64,000 bases of DNA from Acidobacteriota bacterium (GTDB lineage Bacteria; Acidobacteriota; Vicinamibacteria; Vicinamibacterales; JAKQTR01), in contig JBAXOX010000005.1 of the NCBI GenBank assembly GCA_037133015.1, positions 50,086-114,085 on the forward strand, in the 5' to 3' direction. The notes under the pieces are model-generated. The model saw only the letters and a list, made by a program, of their open reading frames with translations, made no database searches and was not told where the DNA came from. This document shows, in pieces, positions 45,264-52,740 of this stretch. The translations under genes and the position numbers were made by a program. How positions within the stretch are numbered: position 1 is the stretch's first letter; the number at the start of each line of letters is the position of its first letter.

Positions 45264-45629
45264 CTACGCGCCTCCGGCCGCCATCGCTCGGGCCGCCGCA
45301 CGCACGGCCCGCGGTTGCCGGATGGCCAAGTAGGTGTGAGCGCCCTTTTTCAGTTCGTGCCAGAGGTCCCACGCGTCCTGCACGCTCAGCCAGAACTGTG
45401 CCGTCGTGCCAAAATAGGCGGCCAGACGAAGCGCCGTATTGGCGCTGATCCCGCGCTTGCTCTTGACGATCTCGTTCAGCCGGTTGGCCGTCAACCCGAG
45501 TGCCCGTGCCACTTCCGCCTGCGAGAGGTCCAGGTCGTCGAGAAAGTGCGAGACCATTTCACCTGGCGAGGTGGGGGGGCGGTTGGTCGGCAACCCGTGG
45601 GCCTTCAGCAGCCTAGTGATAGTCTCCAC
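45264..45629 (-). CDS. higA: HigA-family antitoxin (XRE-type HTH)
   Basis: Within ORF 45264..45674. The GTG 45629 start (VETITRLLKAHG...) overlaps the higB 3' end by 17 nt. SPGEMVSHFLDDLDLSQAEVARALGLTANRLNEIVKSKRGISANTALRLAAYFGTTAQFWLSVQ matches the HigA/VapI HTH pattern. Confidence 0.8.
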   Translation of the reverse strand: METITRLLKAHGLPTNRPPTSPGEMVSHFLDDLDLSQAEVARALGLTANRLNEIVKSKRGISANTALRLAAYFGTTAQFWLSVQDAWDLWHELKKGAHTYLAIRQPRAVRAAARAMAAGGA

Positions 45630-45897
45630 ACCATACCTCCTCGGCGGCGCCCTCATCCCAGCGGAAGGCGACACGGTATCGGTCGTTCACGCGTACGCTG
45701 TAGCGGCGATCCGAGAGCCGCTCGAATCGGTTGCCCGGCGGCTGTGCCATGTCTCCGACGACGTGGGCACGCTGCAGTTGGTCGAGTAGTCGGCGCGCTC
45801 GGGGCCACAAGGAGACGGGGAGCTGTTTTCGCGCCGCCTTGGTGGCGCGTCCGTTGAAGACGTCCTCGGTGCCCGCGTCCGCGAAGGTCCGAATCAC
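45613..45897 (-). CDS. higB: HigB-type toxin (RelE/ParE superfamily, 'plasmid maintenance system killer')
   Basis: In this 94-aa ORF, MIRTFADAGTEDVFNG...LDQL...GNRFERLSDRRYSVRVNDRYRVAFRWDEGAAEEVWCGDYH fits the HigB family pattern. The toxin-upstream gene order is typical of higBA. Confidence 0.85.
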   Translation of the reverse strand: MIRTFADAGTEDVFNGRATKAARKQLPVSLWPRARRLLDQLQRAHVVGDMAQPPGNRFERLSDRRYSVRVNDRYRVAFRWDEGAAEEVWCGDYH

Positions 45898-45959
45898 ATA
45901 CGCGAGTATACCCGATTACCGATGATCCGGAGATCCCTGGTGCTGACGCTGAGTCGAAT

Positions 45960-46005
45960 GCCCGGGCGTCGGCGGTCCCTCAACCGGGTCGGTGAGTGTC
46001 GGCAT
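45960..46005 (+). repeat. Stranded relic of the giant gene's C-terminal repeat unit
   Basis: gcccgggcgtcggcggtccctcaaccgggtcggtgagtgtcggcatgg aligns with the repeat-unit starts (e.g. 43794.., 44130.., 44478..: gcccggg..g.ggcggtccctcgaccgggtcggtgagcggcggcacg). Identical blocks of 8, 10 and 14 nt occur in the same order. Read in that frame it encodes GGPSTGSVS, identical to the module. Confidence 0.7.
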
Positions 46006-46037
46006 GGTGGGTGCCGGCCGATGTGGCACACTGTGCT

Positions 46038-47081
46038 ATGAGGTTCAGGTCGGCGCTCCTCCTGGCTCTCGCCTTGATGTCGCTTCCGCACGCGCTGACG
46101 GCGTGGGGCAGGGAAGGGCATCAAGTCGTGGCCAGCATCGCGCAGGCACGGCTCTCACCGGCCGCCAGAAGTGGCGTCTACCAGTTGCTCCACGGTGCCA
46201 CGCTGGCGAGCGTGGCCACCGACGCCGACGACTATCGCAATTCCCACCGCGAGACCGCACGCTGGCACTATGTGGATATTCCACTGCAGGCCACGCGCTA
46301 CGACGCCGCCAGAGACTGCCGCGTGCAGGACGGCGAGGGCGATTGCGCGCTGGCGGAAATCGACCGCCTCGTGGCGACCCTGAGGAACCGACAGGCGCCC
46401 GCGGTCGACAGGGCCCAGGCGCTCAAGTTTCTTGTCCACTTCATCGGCGACATTCACTGCCCGCTGCACGCCAGCGACGACCACGACAAGGGCGGGAACC
46501 AGGTCGGCGTGACGCTGGTCAATCAGGCGACCAACCTCCATGCCGTGTGGGACTCCGGGCTCATCCAGCTAGCCGGGTATACCGTGACCAGTCTCACCAG
46601 GGAACTGGAGCGGGCGAACCTGCCCGTGCCCGCCGGAGGAACGCCGACTGGCTGGGTGATGGAGGCGCACGAGGTGGCGCGCGCCGTCGCGTATCGGATG
46701 CCGTCCGATCGCGTGCTTCGGCACGACTACCAGGAGGCGAGCCTGGCGGCTGTTCGACTGCAAGTCTGGCGCGGCGGCGTGAGGCTCGCCCGCGTGCTCA
46801 ATGAGTTGTTCGAGGGTCAGGCCGCCGTCATCAACGCGCCGGGCGCCTCGCCCGCCGCGACGCAGACGCCGAAGGTGACGCCGACCTTGGCGCCGATGGT
46901 GACGCAGGCGCAGACGTCGATGCTGACGCCCGGCGGTGCGTATCATGGCAACGTCGCGTCGAAGGTCTATCATGCCCCGAGCTGCCGCGACTACCAGTGC
47001 CCGAATTGCACCACGTCGTTCGTCACCAAAGACGACGCGTCGAAGGCGGGGTACAGACCGCACAACGCCTGCGTTCGTTGA
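46038..47081 (+). CDS. Secreted S1/P1-family nuclease with a C-terminal Cys-rich (Ada-Zn/'sunset'-like) domain
   Basis: Trimmed from ORF 45996..47081 to ATG 46038 (signal [22 protein letters not shown]). The mature N-terminus is [13 protein letters not shown] (the S1/P1 W-G-x-x-G-H motif), with [15 protein letters not shown] and [11 protein letters not shown]. After a Pro/Thr/Ala linker comes [44 protein letters not shown]. Confidence 0.85.
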   Translation: MRFRSALLLALALMSLPHALTAWGREGHQVVASIAQARLSPAARSGVYQLLHGATLASVATDADDYRNSHRETARWHYVDIPLQATRYDAARDCRVQDGEGDCALAEIDRLVATLRNRQAPAVDRAQALKFLVHFIGDIHCPLHASDDHDKGGNQVGVTLVNQATNLHAVWDSGLIQLAGYTVTSLTRELERANLPVPAGGTPTGWVMEAHEVARAVAYRMPSDRVLRHDYQEASLAAVRLQVWRGGVRLARVLNELFEGQAAVINAPGASPAATQTPKVTPTLAPMVTQAQTSMLTPGGAYHGNVASKVYHAPSCRDYQCPNCTTSFVTKDDASKAGYRPHNACVR

Positions 47082-47119
47082 TCGCGGGGATCGCGGATCG
47101 CCAGGACCGGAGGACAGTG

Positions 47120-48889
47120 ATGCGCATGCTGAGCAAGTCGATCGGTGTGACGAGTATCTTGCTGGCGTGCGTCTGGGCGGCGCCGCCGGGCTCGCCGGTG
47201 TCCGCCGCCGGTCAGGCCCCCGCTTCGCAGGCCGCCAGTCTTCTGCCGGACACGCCGCTGACGTTCGGCGCCTTTACGGCTACCTTCGCGCGGGACGGCA
47301 GTTTCTCGCTGGTGGGCCAGGGCTGGTCGCCCCTCAAGGGCAACTGGACGGCGCTTGGTGACGCGCTGGAGTTGACGACGACCGGCGGTGAGAAGGGCTG
47401 CGACGGGTCGGGGCGATACACGTTTCGCCAGGACGGCATCCGGCTGACGCTGAAGCTGCAGTCCGACACCTGCGAGAACCGACGCCTGATTCTCGACAGC
47501 AGCGTCTGGGTGCCTGCCGGGACACCTGTGGTGAATCCCGAGCGGCGTATCGTTCGAACGTCGGGTGCGGCGCGAGGCTCGCTGCCGGCGGCAGCCCCGG
47601 CGGCCGGCCAGTGGCCGTCGTTTCGGGGCATTGAGGCCTCAGGGGTGGCCCGCGACCAGCACCTGCCCGATCGCTGGGACGCATCCAGCGGCGAACACAT
47701 CCTGTGGCGCACCGCCGTGCCGGGCCTGGCGCATTCCAGTCCGGTGGTGTGGGGCAACCGCCTCTTTGTGACGACCGCGGTCAGCAGCGATCCGAAGGCC
47801 ACATTTCGCAAGGGACTCTACGGCGACGGCGATGCGTCAAGCGATCGTTCCCGCCATCGCTTTGTCGTGATCGCCTTCGACACACGCACCGGGAAGCCGC
47901 TCTGGCAGCGCACCGCCTTCGAGGGAGAGCCCCTCAACAAACGCCACATCAAGTCCACATACGCCAGCGCGTCGCCGGCGACCGACGGCCGCATCGTCGT
48001 CGCGTGGTTCGGATCGCAGGGCGTCGCCGCCTACGACGTGGACGGCACGCTGCGCTGGAAGGTGGATCTCGGACGGATCGATTTGGGCGCCTACGACATT
48101 CCGTCGGTCGAATGGGGGCCGGCCAGTTCGCCCATCATCTGGAAGGATCTGGTCATCCTCCAAGTGGACACGCAGGCCGACTCGTTTCTGCTGGCGCTCA
48201 ACGCGTCCACCGGCGAGACGGTGTGGAAGACCGAGCGCGACGAATGGCCGTCGTGGGGCACACCCACCGTGGCCGAGACCGCCGCAGGGCCGGTGCTGGT
48301 GACCAATGCGTCGAAGTTCATCCGCGGCTACGATCCGCGCACCGGCAAGGAAATGTGGCGGCTGGGGGGCAGTTCGAAGATCACCGCGCCGACGCCTATT
48401 TCGACCGGACGCCTGCTGATTATTGCGAGCGGACGCGCACCGGAACGCCCGATCTTTGTCGTCAGGCCTGGTGCGCAAGGCGACCTGACACTGGCCGTCG
48501 GAAAGACGAGCAGCGACGCGGTTGTGTGGAGCAAGACCGGCCGGGGTTCGTACATGCCGACGCCGCTGGCGCTCGACGGGGTGCTCTACGTCCTGGGGAA
48601 CAACGGGGTGTTCGACGCCTATTCGCTCGAAACCGGCGAAGAGGTGTACCGGCAGCGGCTGCCCGTGGTGGGCAGCGGGTACAGCGCGTCGCCGGTGGCC
48701 GCCGACGGGAAGATCTATCTGTCGGGCGAGGACGGCGACATCCTGGTCGTGGCCGCAGGGCCCGAATTCAAGGTGCTGGCGACCAACGCGATGGGCGAGT
48801 CCCTGATGGCCACACCCGCGCTGTCTGACGGCGTGATGTATATCCGCGGATTGAACACCCTGTTCGCCGTAAGCTCGAAGACGCGCTGA
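47120..48889 (+). CDS. Secreted PQQ-like (BamB/YVTN-type) beta-propeller repeat protein
   Basis: Trimmed from ORF 46997..48889 to ATG 47120 (GGAGG upstream; signal [29 protein letters not shown]). It has repeated W-containing blades: [62 protein letters not shown] and EVYRQRL. Confidence 0.8.
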   Translation: MRMLSKSIGVTSILLACVWAAPPGSPVSAAGQAPASQAASLLPDTPLTFGAFTATFARDGSFSLVGQGWSPLKGNWTALGDALELTTTGGEKGCDGSGRYTFRQDGIRLTLKLQSDTCENRRLILDSSVWVPAGTPVVNPERRIVRTSGAARGSLPAAAPAAGQWPSFRGIEASGVARDQHLPDRWDASSGEHILWRTAVPGLAHSSPVVWGNRLFVTTAVSSDPKATFRKGLYGDGDASSDRSRHRFVVIAFDTRTGKPLWQRTAFEGEPLNKRHIKSTYASASPATDGRIVVAWFGSQGVAAYDVDGTLRWKVDLGRIDLGAYDIPSVEWGPASSPIIWKDLVILQVDTQADSFLLALNASTGETVWKTERDEWPSWGTPTVAETAAGPVLVTNASKFIRGYDPRTGKEMWRLGGSSKITAPTPISTGRLLIIASGRAPERPIFVVRPGAQGDLTLAVGKTSSDAVVWSKTGRGSYMPTPLALDGVLYVLGNNGVFDAYSLETGEEVYRQRLPVVGSGYSASPVAADGKIYLSGEDGDILVVAAGPEFKVLATNAMGESLMATPALSDGVMYIRGLNTLFAVSSKTR

Positions 48890-49045
48890 CCTCGCACCGT
48901 CACGCCTGTTCCTGACGCCGTGCACGCAAATCAAGGCCAGGCCGGTCGCGCCTTCGGTATAAAATGGCTTTGCTCACTTCACCAAATCGGAAATCTCTAC
49001 GACCTCGCCTCTTGGGCGTGTGCCGGCCGTGCGCGAGGAGTTGCC

Positions 49046-49129
49046 ATGACGACCCCATTCCTCGCGTTCGCTTTCGTGGTGACGATGGTCGCAGCCGCAT
49101 CCCGGATGGAGTGGGAACCGAAGACATGA
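49046..49129 (+). CDS. Candidate 27-aa hydrophobic small ORF coupled to the downstream gene
   Basis: ATG 49046 lies 5 nt after a strong GAGGAG (49035..49040). The peptide is MTTPFLAFAFVVTMVAAASRMEWEPKT. Its TGA overlaps the next gene's ATG (ATGA at 49126..49129), and that next gene has no good Shine-Dalgarno sequence of its own. Confidence 0.35.
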   Translation: MTTPFLAFAFVVTMVAAASRMEWEPKT

Positions 49130-50178
49130 AAACACCATCGCTCTTCCACGTTCTTCTTGTGGCTGTCGCAGCGCTCTCCAGCCCTGCCGACGTGCTCGCC
49201 CAGAAATCCACCTACGACCTGGTGACGTTTACACCGCCCAGCGGCTGGCAGAAGGACGTGAAGGACAACTCGACGCTCTATACGGCGGTCGATCAGAAAT
49301 CGAGGAACTGGTGCCGGATCGGCATCGTCAAGAGCACTATCAGCAAAGGAACCATCGAACGGGATTTTGCGAGTGAATGGCAGGAACTGATGGTCAGGAA
49401 CTACAAGATTTCCGAAGTTCCGCAGGCGCCCAAGACCGGAGGCGTGAGGGCGGCAGACGGCTGGGCGATGAAGGCAGGCGGCGGAACGTTCACCTTCGAG
49501 AACGGCTCGGCCAGGGCCATGCTGACGACGATGAGCGGATTTGGCCGATGCGTCAGCATTGTCGTCACCACCAATAGTGACATGTACGCCAGAGACATCG
49601 AGGCCTTCCTGTCGTCGGTCGAACTGAACAAGCCCGACATGGCCGCTCGGCCTGACCCCGCCACCCAACCGGTCGCCGGCAACGCTGGTCCGGGCGCCTC
49701 CATCGTTGGCACATGGGGGACCACGTCCAGTGACCAGTCAGCGTATGCCGTCAACAACGGCATCAATGGCTACATCACCAGACAGTACACGTTCAGTGCC
49801 GACGGCACGTACGTCTTCTATATCAAGACGTTCCAGTATTACTTGGACAAGCTGCTGCTGACGCGAGAGCGGGGCACGTATCTCATCAGCGGAAACACGA
49901 TACGAATCAGCCCGCAACAAAGCGTCATCGAGGCCTGGAGCAAGAAGGATGATGCCGATAAATGGGGAAGACTCTTAACCACAGAAACCAGGACGTTGGA
50001 AACCACGACCTATCAGTTCACCAAGCACTATTTTTCGGGTGTGCAAACGTGGAGCCTCGTGTTGCAGGCTGACAAGGTGACGCAGCGCGATGGCCCGTTC
50101 AGCGGCGGAACCGCGTTCAAGAGTGCCTGGATCTACAGCCCCCCGTGCAGCCAGTGCTACATCGAGTTGCCGAAATAG
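49126..50178 (+). CDS. Secreted hypothetical two-domain protein (C-terminal lipocalin-like/DUF-type beta domain)
   Basis: Trimmed from ORF 48964..50178 to ATG 49126 (signal MKTPSLFHVLLVAVAALSSPADVLAQ). After a Pro-rich linker (RPDPATQPVAGNAGPG) comes IVGTWG...YTFSADGTYVFY...GTYLISGNTIRISP, typical of lipocalin-like META/DUF domains. The region is more A/T-rich than its flanks by eye. Confidence 0.7.
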   Translation: MKTPSLFHVLLVAVAALSSPADVLAQKSTYDLVTFTPPSGWQKDVKDNSTLYTAVDQKSRNWCRIGIVKSTISKGTIERDFASEWQELMVRNYKISEVPQAPKTGGVRAADGWAMKAGGGTFTFENGSARAMLTTMSGFGRCVSIVVTTNSDMYARDIEAFLSSVELNKPDMAARPDPATQPVAGNAGPGASIVGTWGTTSSDQSAYAVNNGINGYITRQYTFSADGTYVFYIKTFQYYLDKLLLTRERGTYLISGNTIRISPQQSVIEAWSKKDDADKWGRLLTTETRTLETTTYQFTKHYFSGVQTWSLVLQADKVTQRDGPFSGGTAFKSAWIYSPPCSQCYIELPK

Positions 50179-50257
50179 GATCCGGGCACGCCGAGTCTTT
50201 CTGCCGACGCGTCGTCTTGTGCCCGATGACCGTCGCCGCCGCCATTGGAGAGTCACC

Positions 50258-52102
50258 ATGAGAATCTGTGCCGCGCTGATCGGTTCGCTCGTCATGGCGT
50301 TGTCGCTGTCTGCGACAGCTCCCCTGGCTCAGGCCATCCAGCCGCCGTCGATTGAGGACAAGGTGCTCGGGTGGATCAAGATCTACGACTACAAGGGCGC
50401 GGCGCTGCCGATCAGGGTGGATCAGCGGGTGTACTCGCCCGCGCAGCTCTCCATCGCCCAGCTGTTTGCCAACTGGATGCAGGCCAGCTATCTGCCAACC
50501 GGCGCGCTGGGTGACGTGCTCCAGATCCGCAATGAGAAGCTGGGCCCCTACAATCAGAACACGGCCGCGTTGCCGCAGAGCTACGGGGCATTCGCCAAGC
50601 TCTACCTCGAATTGAAATACGGCGTGAACAAGAAGATCGAGCCCCTGACCAACAGCCACCTGGTCTGGACCATCGCGGCCAACGGGTTCTATGGGATTCC
50701 CGCGGACGCCATCAGCTCACCGGAGCACTACTACTTCACGCTGCCGACCTTCGACCAGCAGGGATACGGCGACGAGCTCGAGAAGGCGGCCGACGTCTCA
50801 CGTCATCCGGTGCTGGGACAGTTCCCGACGTTTTTCATGCGGAACTCCGCGACCGGGAACCGCAAGTACGTCCTGCTGTCCAAAGACCACAAGCTTCCGT
50901 TCACCATTGTCACCAAAGGGGAATACCTCGATGCGATGGACGCGGCCATCGGGCGCACACGCAGCGCGGAGAAAACGCGGATCACGCAGGCCGAGCAGGG
51001 CGATCAGAAGCGGATCGACGTCGCGATGAAGGACGTCGACGAACGAACCGCGAGGAGAAAGGCGGTGCTCGCAACGAACCGGGAGAGGTACCGGGGTCGC
51101 CTGCAGGAGCCTGCCGAAATCGTGACCGACCAACCTGATGTGATGCTTGAGAACTCTCGCGATGTATTCGAGGGCAACGGGGGCAGGGCGTTGCGGTTGC
51201 CCGTCTACACGATCGATGCCCGGCTGACCGAGCTGTGTAAGACCGACGCGCCCCAGTGGATCGTCATCTCCTGGACGGCGCAGTTGAACAACCCGGTGAG
51301 CCGGAGCCTGCACGAGGCCATCCTCAACAACGTCAACGTCGAGTACATCTACAACTACTTCTTCGATCCCGGCAAGGTGAAGGGCCAGCCGTACAAGCCC
51401 CTCCGATCTCCGTCCGCCATCGAGGCGGTTGCCGTCGCCGCGCCGTCCGCGGCGGCTACGAAGAGCGCGGCCGATCCGACGGTGCATTTCTTCGACGACT
51501 TCTCGTCGGGGACCGTGGGCAAGAAGCCACTCAACTGGCGAAGCACGCTGGATGAAACCGGCGCCTCGAGCGTCGTCACGGAGTTGAAGGGACTGGACGG
51601 GCGCTGGGCTTCGATGAGCGGCATGCGCCTGACGCCCACCCAGATGAAGACACCCCTGCCGCGTGACTTCGAGGTGAGCTACGACCTGGTCGCCGCGCAG
51701 AACTACACGTGGGGTGCGCACGGGCTGACCTTCAAGCTGTCCAGAACGCCGGCCGGCGGGGCGGGGGAGGCGTTCCTCAGTCTGCGCATTCGTCCCGGCT
51801 TCGGCGGACGAGACGGCGAGGTCGTCATCGAGGCCCAGTTCCCGGGCGCGCCGGGGTACCTCACCGGATCGAAGTGGGTGGGAGCGCCTGGATTCTCGAA
51901 CGACAAGCTGAACAACCGCATCGCTGTCAGTCTCAGGAAGAAGGGCGACCTGCTGCAGGTATTCATCGACCAGACCAAAGTCGCCGAGTACGAAAAAGGG
52001 GTCCCCTCCGGTCTCCAGTTCGACGCCATGTCGTTCGTACTCACGGGCACATCAGCCAACGACAAGATGTTCATCGGCAACGTCAGGATTGCGGCAAAAT
52101 GA
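50258..52102 (+). CDS. Secreted hypothetical protein with a C-terminal LamG/DUF1080-like jelly-roll
   Basis: Trimmed from ORF 50090..52102 to ATG 50258 (GGAGAG upstream; signal MRICAALIGSLVMALSLSATAPLAQA). I do not recognise the ~430-aa N-terminal region, which includes a charged segment. The C-terminal ~180 aa (VHFFDDFSSGTVGKKPLNW ... LQVFIDQTKVAEY ... MFIGNVRIAAK) resembles concanavalin-like domains. Confidence 0.7.
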   Translation: MRICAALIGSLVMALSLSATAPLAQAIQPPSIEDKVLGWIKIYDYKGAALPIRVDQRVYSPAQLSIAQLFANWMQASYLPTGALGDVLQIRNEKLGPYNQNTAALPQSYGAFAKLYLELKYGVNKKIEPLTNSHLVWTIAANGFYGIPADAISSPEHYYFTLPTFDQQGYGDELEKAADVSRHPVLGQFPTFFMRNSATGNRKYVLLSKDHKLPFTIVTKGEYLDAMDAAIGRTRSAEKTRITQAEQGDQKRIDVAMKDVDERTARRKAVLATNRERYRGRLQEPAEIVTDQPDVMLENSRDVFEGNGGRALRLPVYTIDARLTELCKTDAPQWIVISWTAQLNNPVSRSLHEAILNNVNVEYIYNYFFDPGKVKGQPYKPLRSPSAIEAVAVAAPSAAATKSAADPTVHFFDDFSSGTVGKKPLNWRSTLDETGASSVVTELKGLDGRWASMSGMRLTPTQMKTPLPRDFEVSYDLVAAQNYTWGAHGLTFKLSRTPAGGAGEAFLSLRIRPGFGGRDGEVVIEAQFPGAPGYLTGSKWVGAPGFSNDKLNNRIAVSLRKKGDLLQVFIDQTKVAEYEKGVPSGLQFDAMSFVLTGTSANDKMFIGNVRIAAK

Positions 52103-52213
52103 ACCGAACGCGTGCGGCCGTGCGCGTGGCCGGCCGGGCGTTGGCCGGCGCAGCGATGACCTCGGTGATGGCACCCAGCCGCGAAGGGCTGCCGTGGGGA
52201 GGCGGGCGCGACC

Positions 52214-52435
52214 ATGGCTGAATCGGATCGGCAATCGTCAGTGGTGGCGTGTCGGCGATGCTGTTATTACGTGGTGACCTGGGATCCGTCGCGGCCGTAC
52301 GGCTGCCGGGCCCATGGATTCCAGAGCCGAACCAATCCGGCCTTGGCGGTGTACGAATCGTCAGGGCTGCGCTGTCAACTGTTCCAGCCCAAGCCTGCGG
52401 CCACTCCGTCGGGCCCCGCACGAAAGCCCAGATAA
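52214..52435 (+). CDS. Small Cys-containing protein (possible zinc-ribbon-like), function unknown
   Basis: 73-aa ORF, MAESDRQSSVVACRRCCYYVVTWDPSRPYGCRAHGFQSRTNPALAVYESSGLRCQLFQPK. It has a CxxC(C) ... C ... C arrangement and GGGAGG 11 nt upstream. Confidence 0.5.
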   Translation: MAESDRQSSVVACRRCCYYVVTWDPSRPYGCRAHGFQSRTNPALAVYESSGLRCQLFQPKPAATPSGPARKPR

Positions 52436-52549
52436 CGCGAACGCACGCCGACCTCCTTTCCGAATGACCTCCGCGCCAGTACCTCGCCGATGGGCACCAG
52501 GGACCGGGGAGCGGGCCGAACAGGCGGACGACGGGCGTCGGGACGCGGT

Positions 52550-52565
52550 TGTGATAAAGTTCGCA
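52550..52565 (+). promoter_or_regulatory. CRP/FNR-family-type binding-site candidate upstream of ccoNO
   Basis: TGTGA-TAAAGT-TCGCA has one mismatch to the TGTGA-N6-TCACA palindrome. It lies about 180 nt upstream of the ccoNO ATG. cbb3 operons are classically FNR/FixK-activated. Confidence 0.4.
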
Positions 52566-52583
52566 CGCCTCCAACTGTTCGGG

Positions 52584-52608
52584 AAACTGGCACGAAGTTG
52601 GCCAGTTT
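52584..52608 (+). promoter_or_regulatory. Palindrome AAACTGGC-N9-GCCAGTTT overlapping a sigma54-like -24/-12 element
   Basis: The 8-nt arms are perfect (52584..52591 and 52601..52608). TGGCAC-GAAGT-TGGC (52588..52602) has GG and GC at the spacing of the TGGCAC-N5-TTGC consensus, with one mismatch. It lies about 140 nt upstream of ccoNO. Confidence 0.3.
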
Positions 52609-52740
52609 GTCCGGTGGGGTGTCCTTGTTTCACCGATTCCGCTTGACGATGCCTGCCCCCGTCGCCGGCCCCGAGGTTCGAGCCGCCAGCGTGCTCACAA
52701 GGCCATCGGGGGCCGCGCCACCAATGAGGATGACAGACCG

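Noticed and set aside
44987-46037. Calling the higBA region a mobile element or genomic island.
   Set aside because: I could recognise no transposase, integrase, terminal inverted repeats or flanking direct repeats. Only the TA pair and the displaced repeat relic are supported, so I report it as a finding rather than a mobile_element feature.
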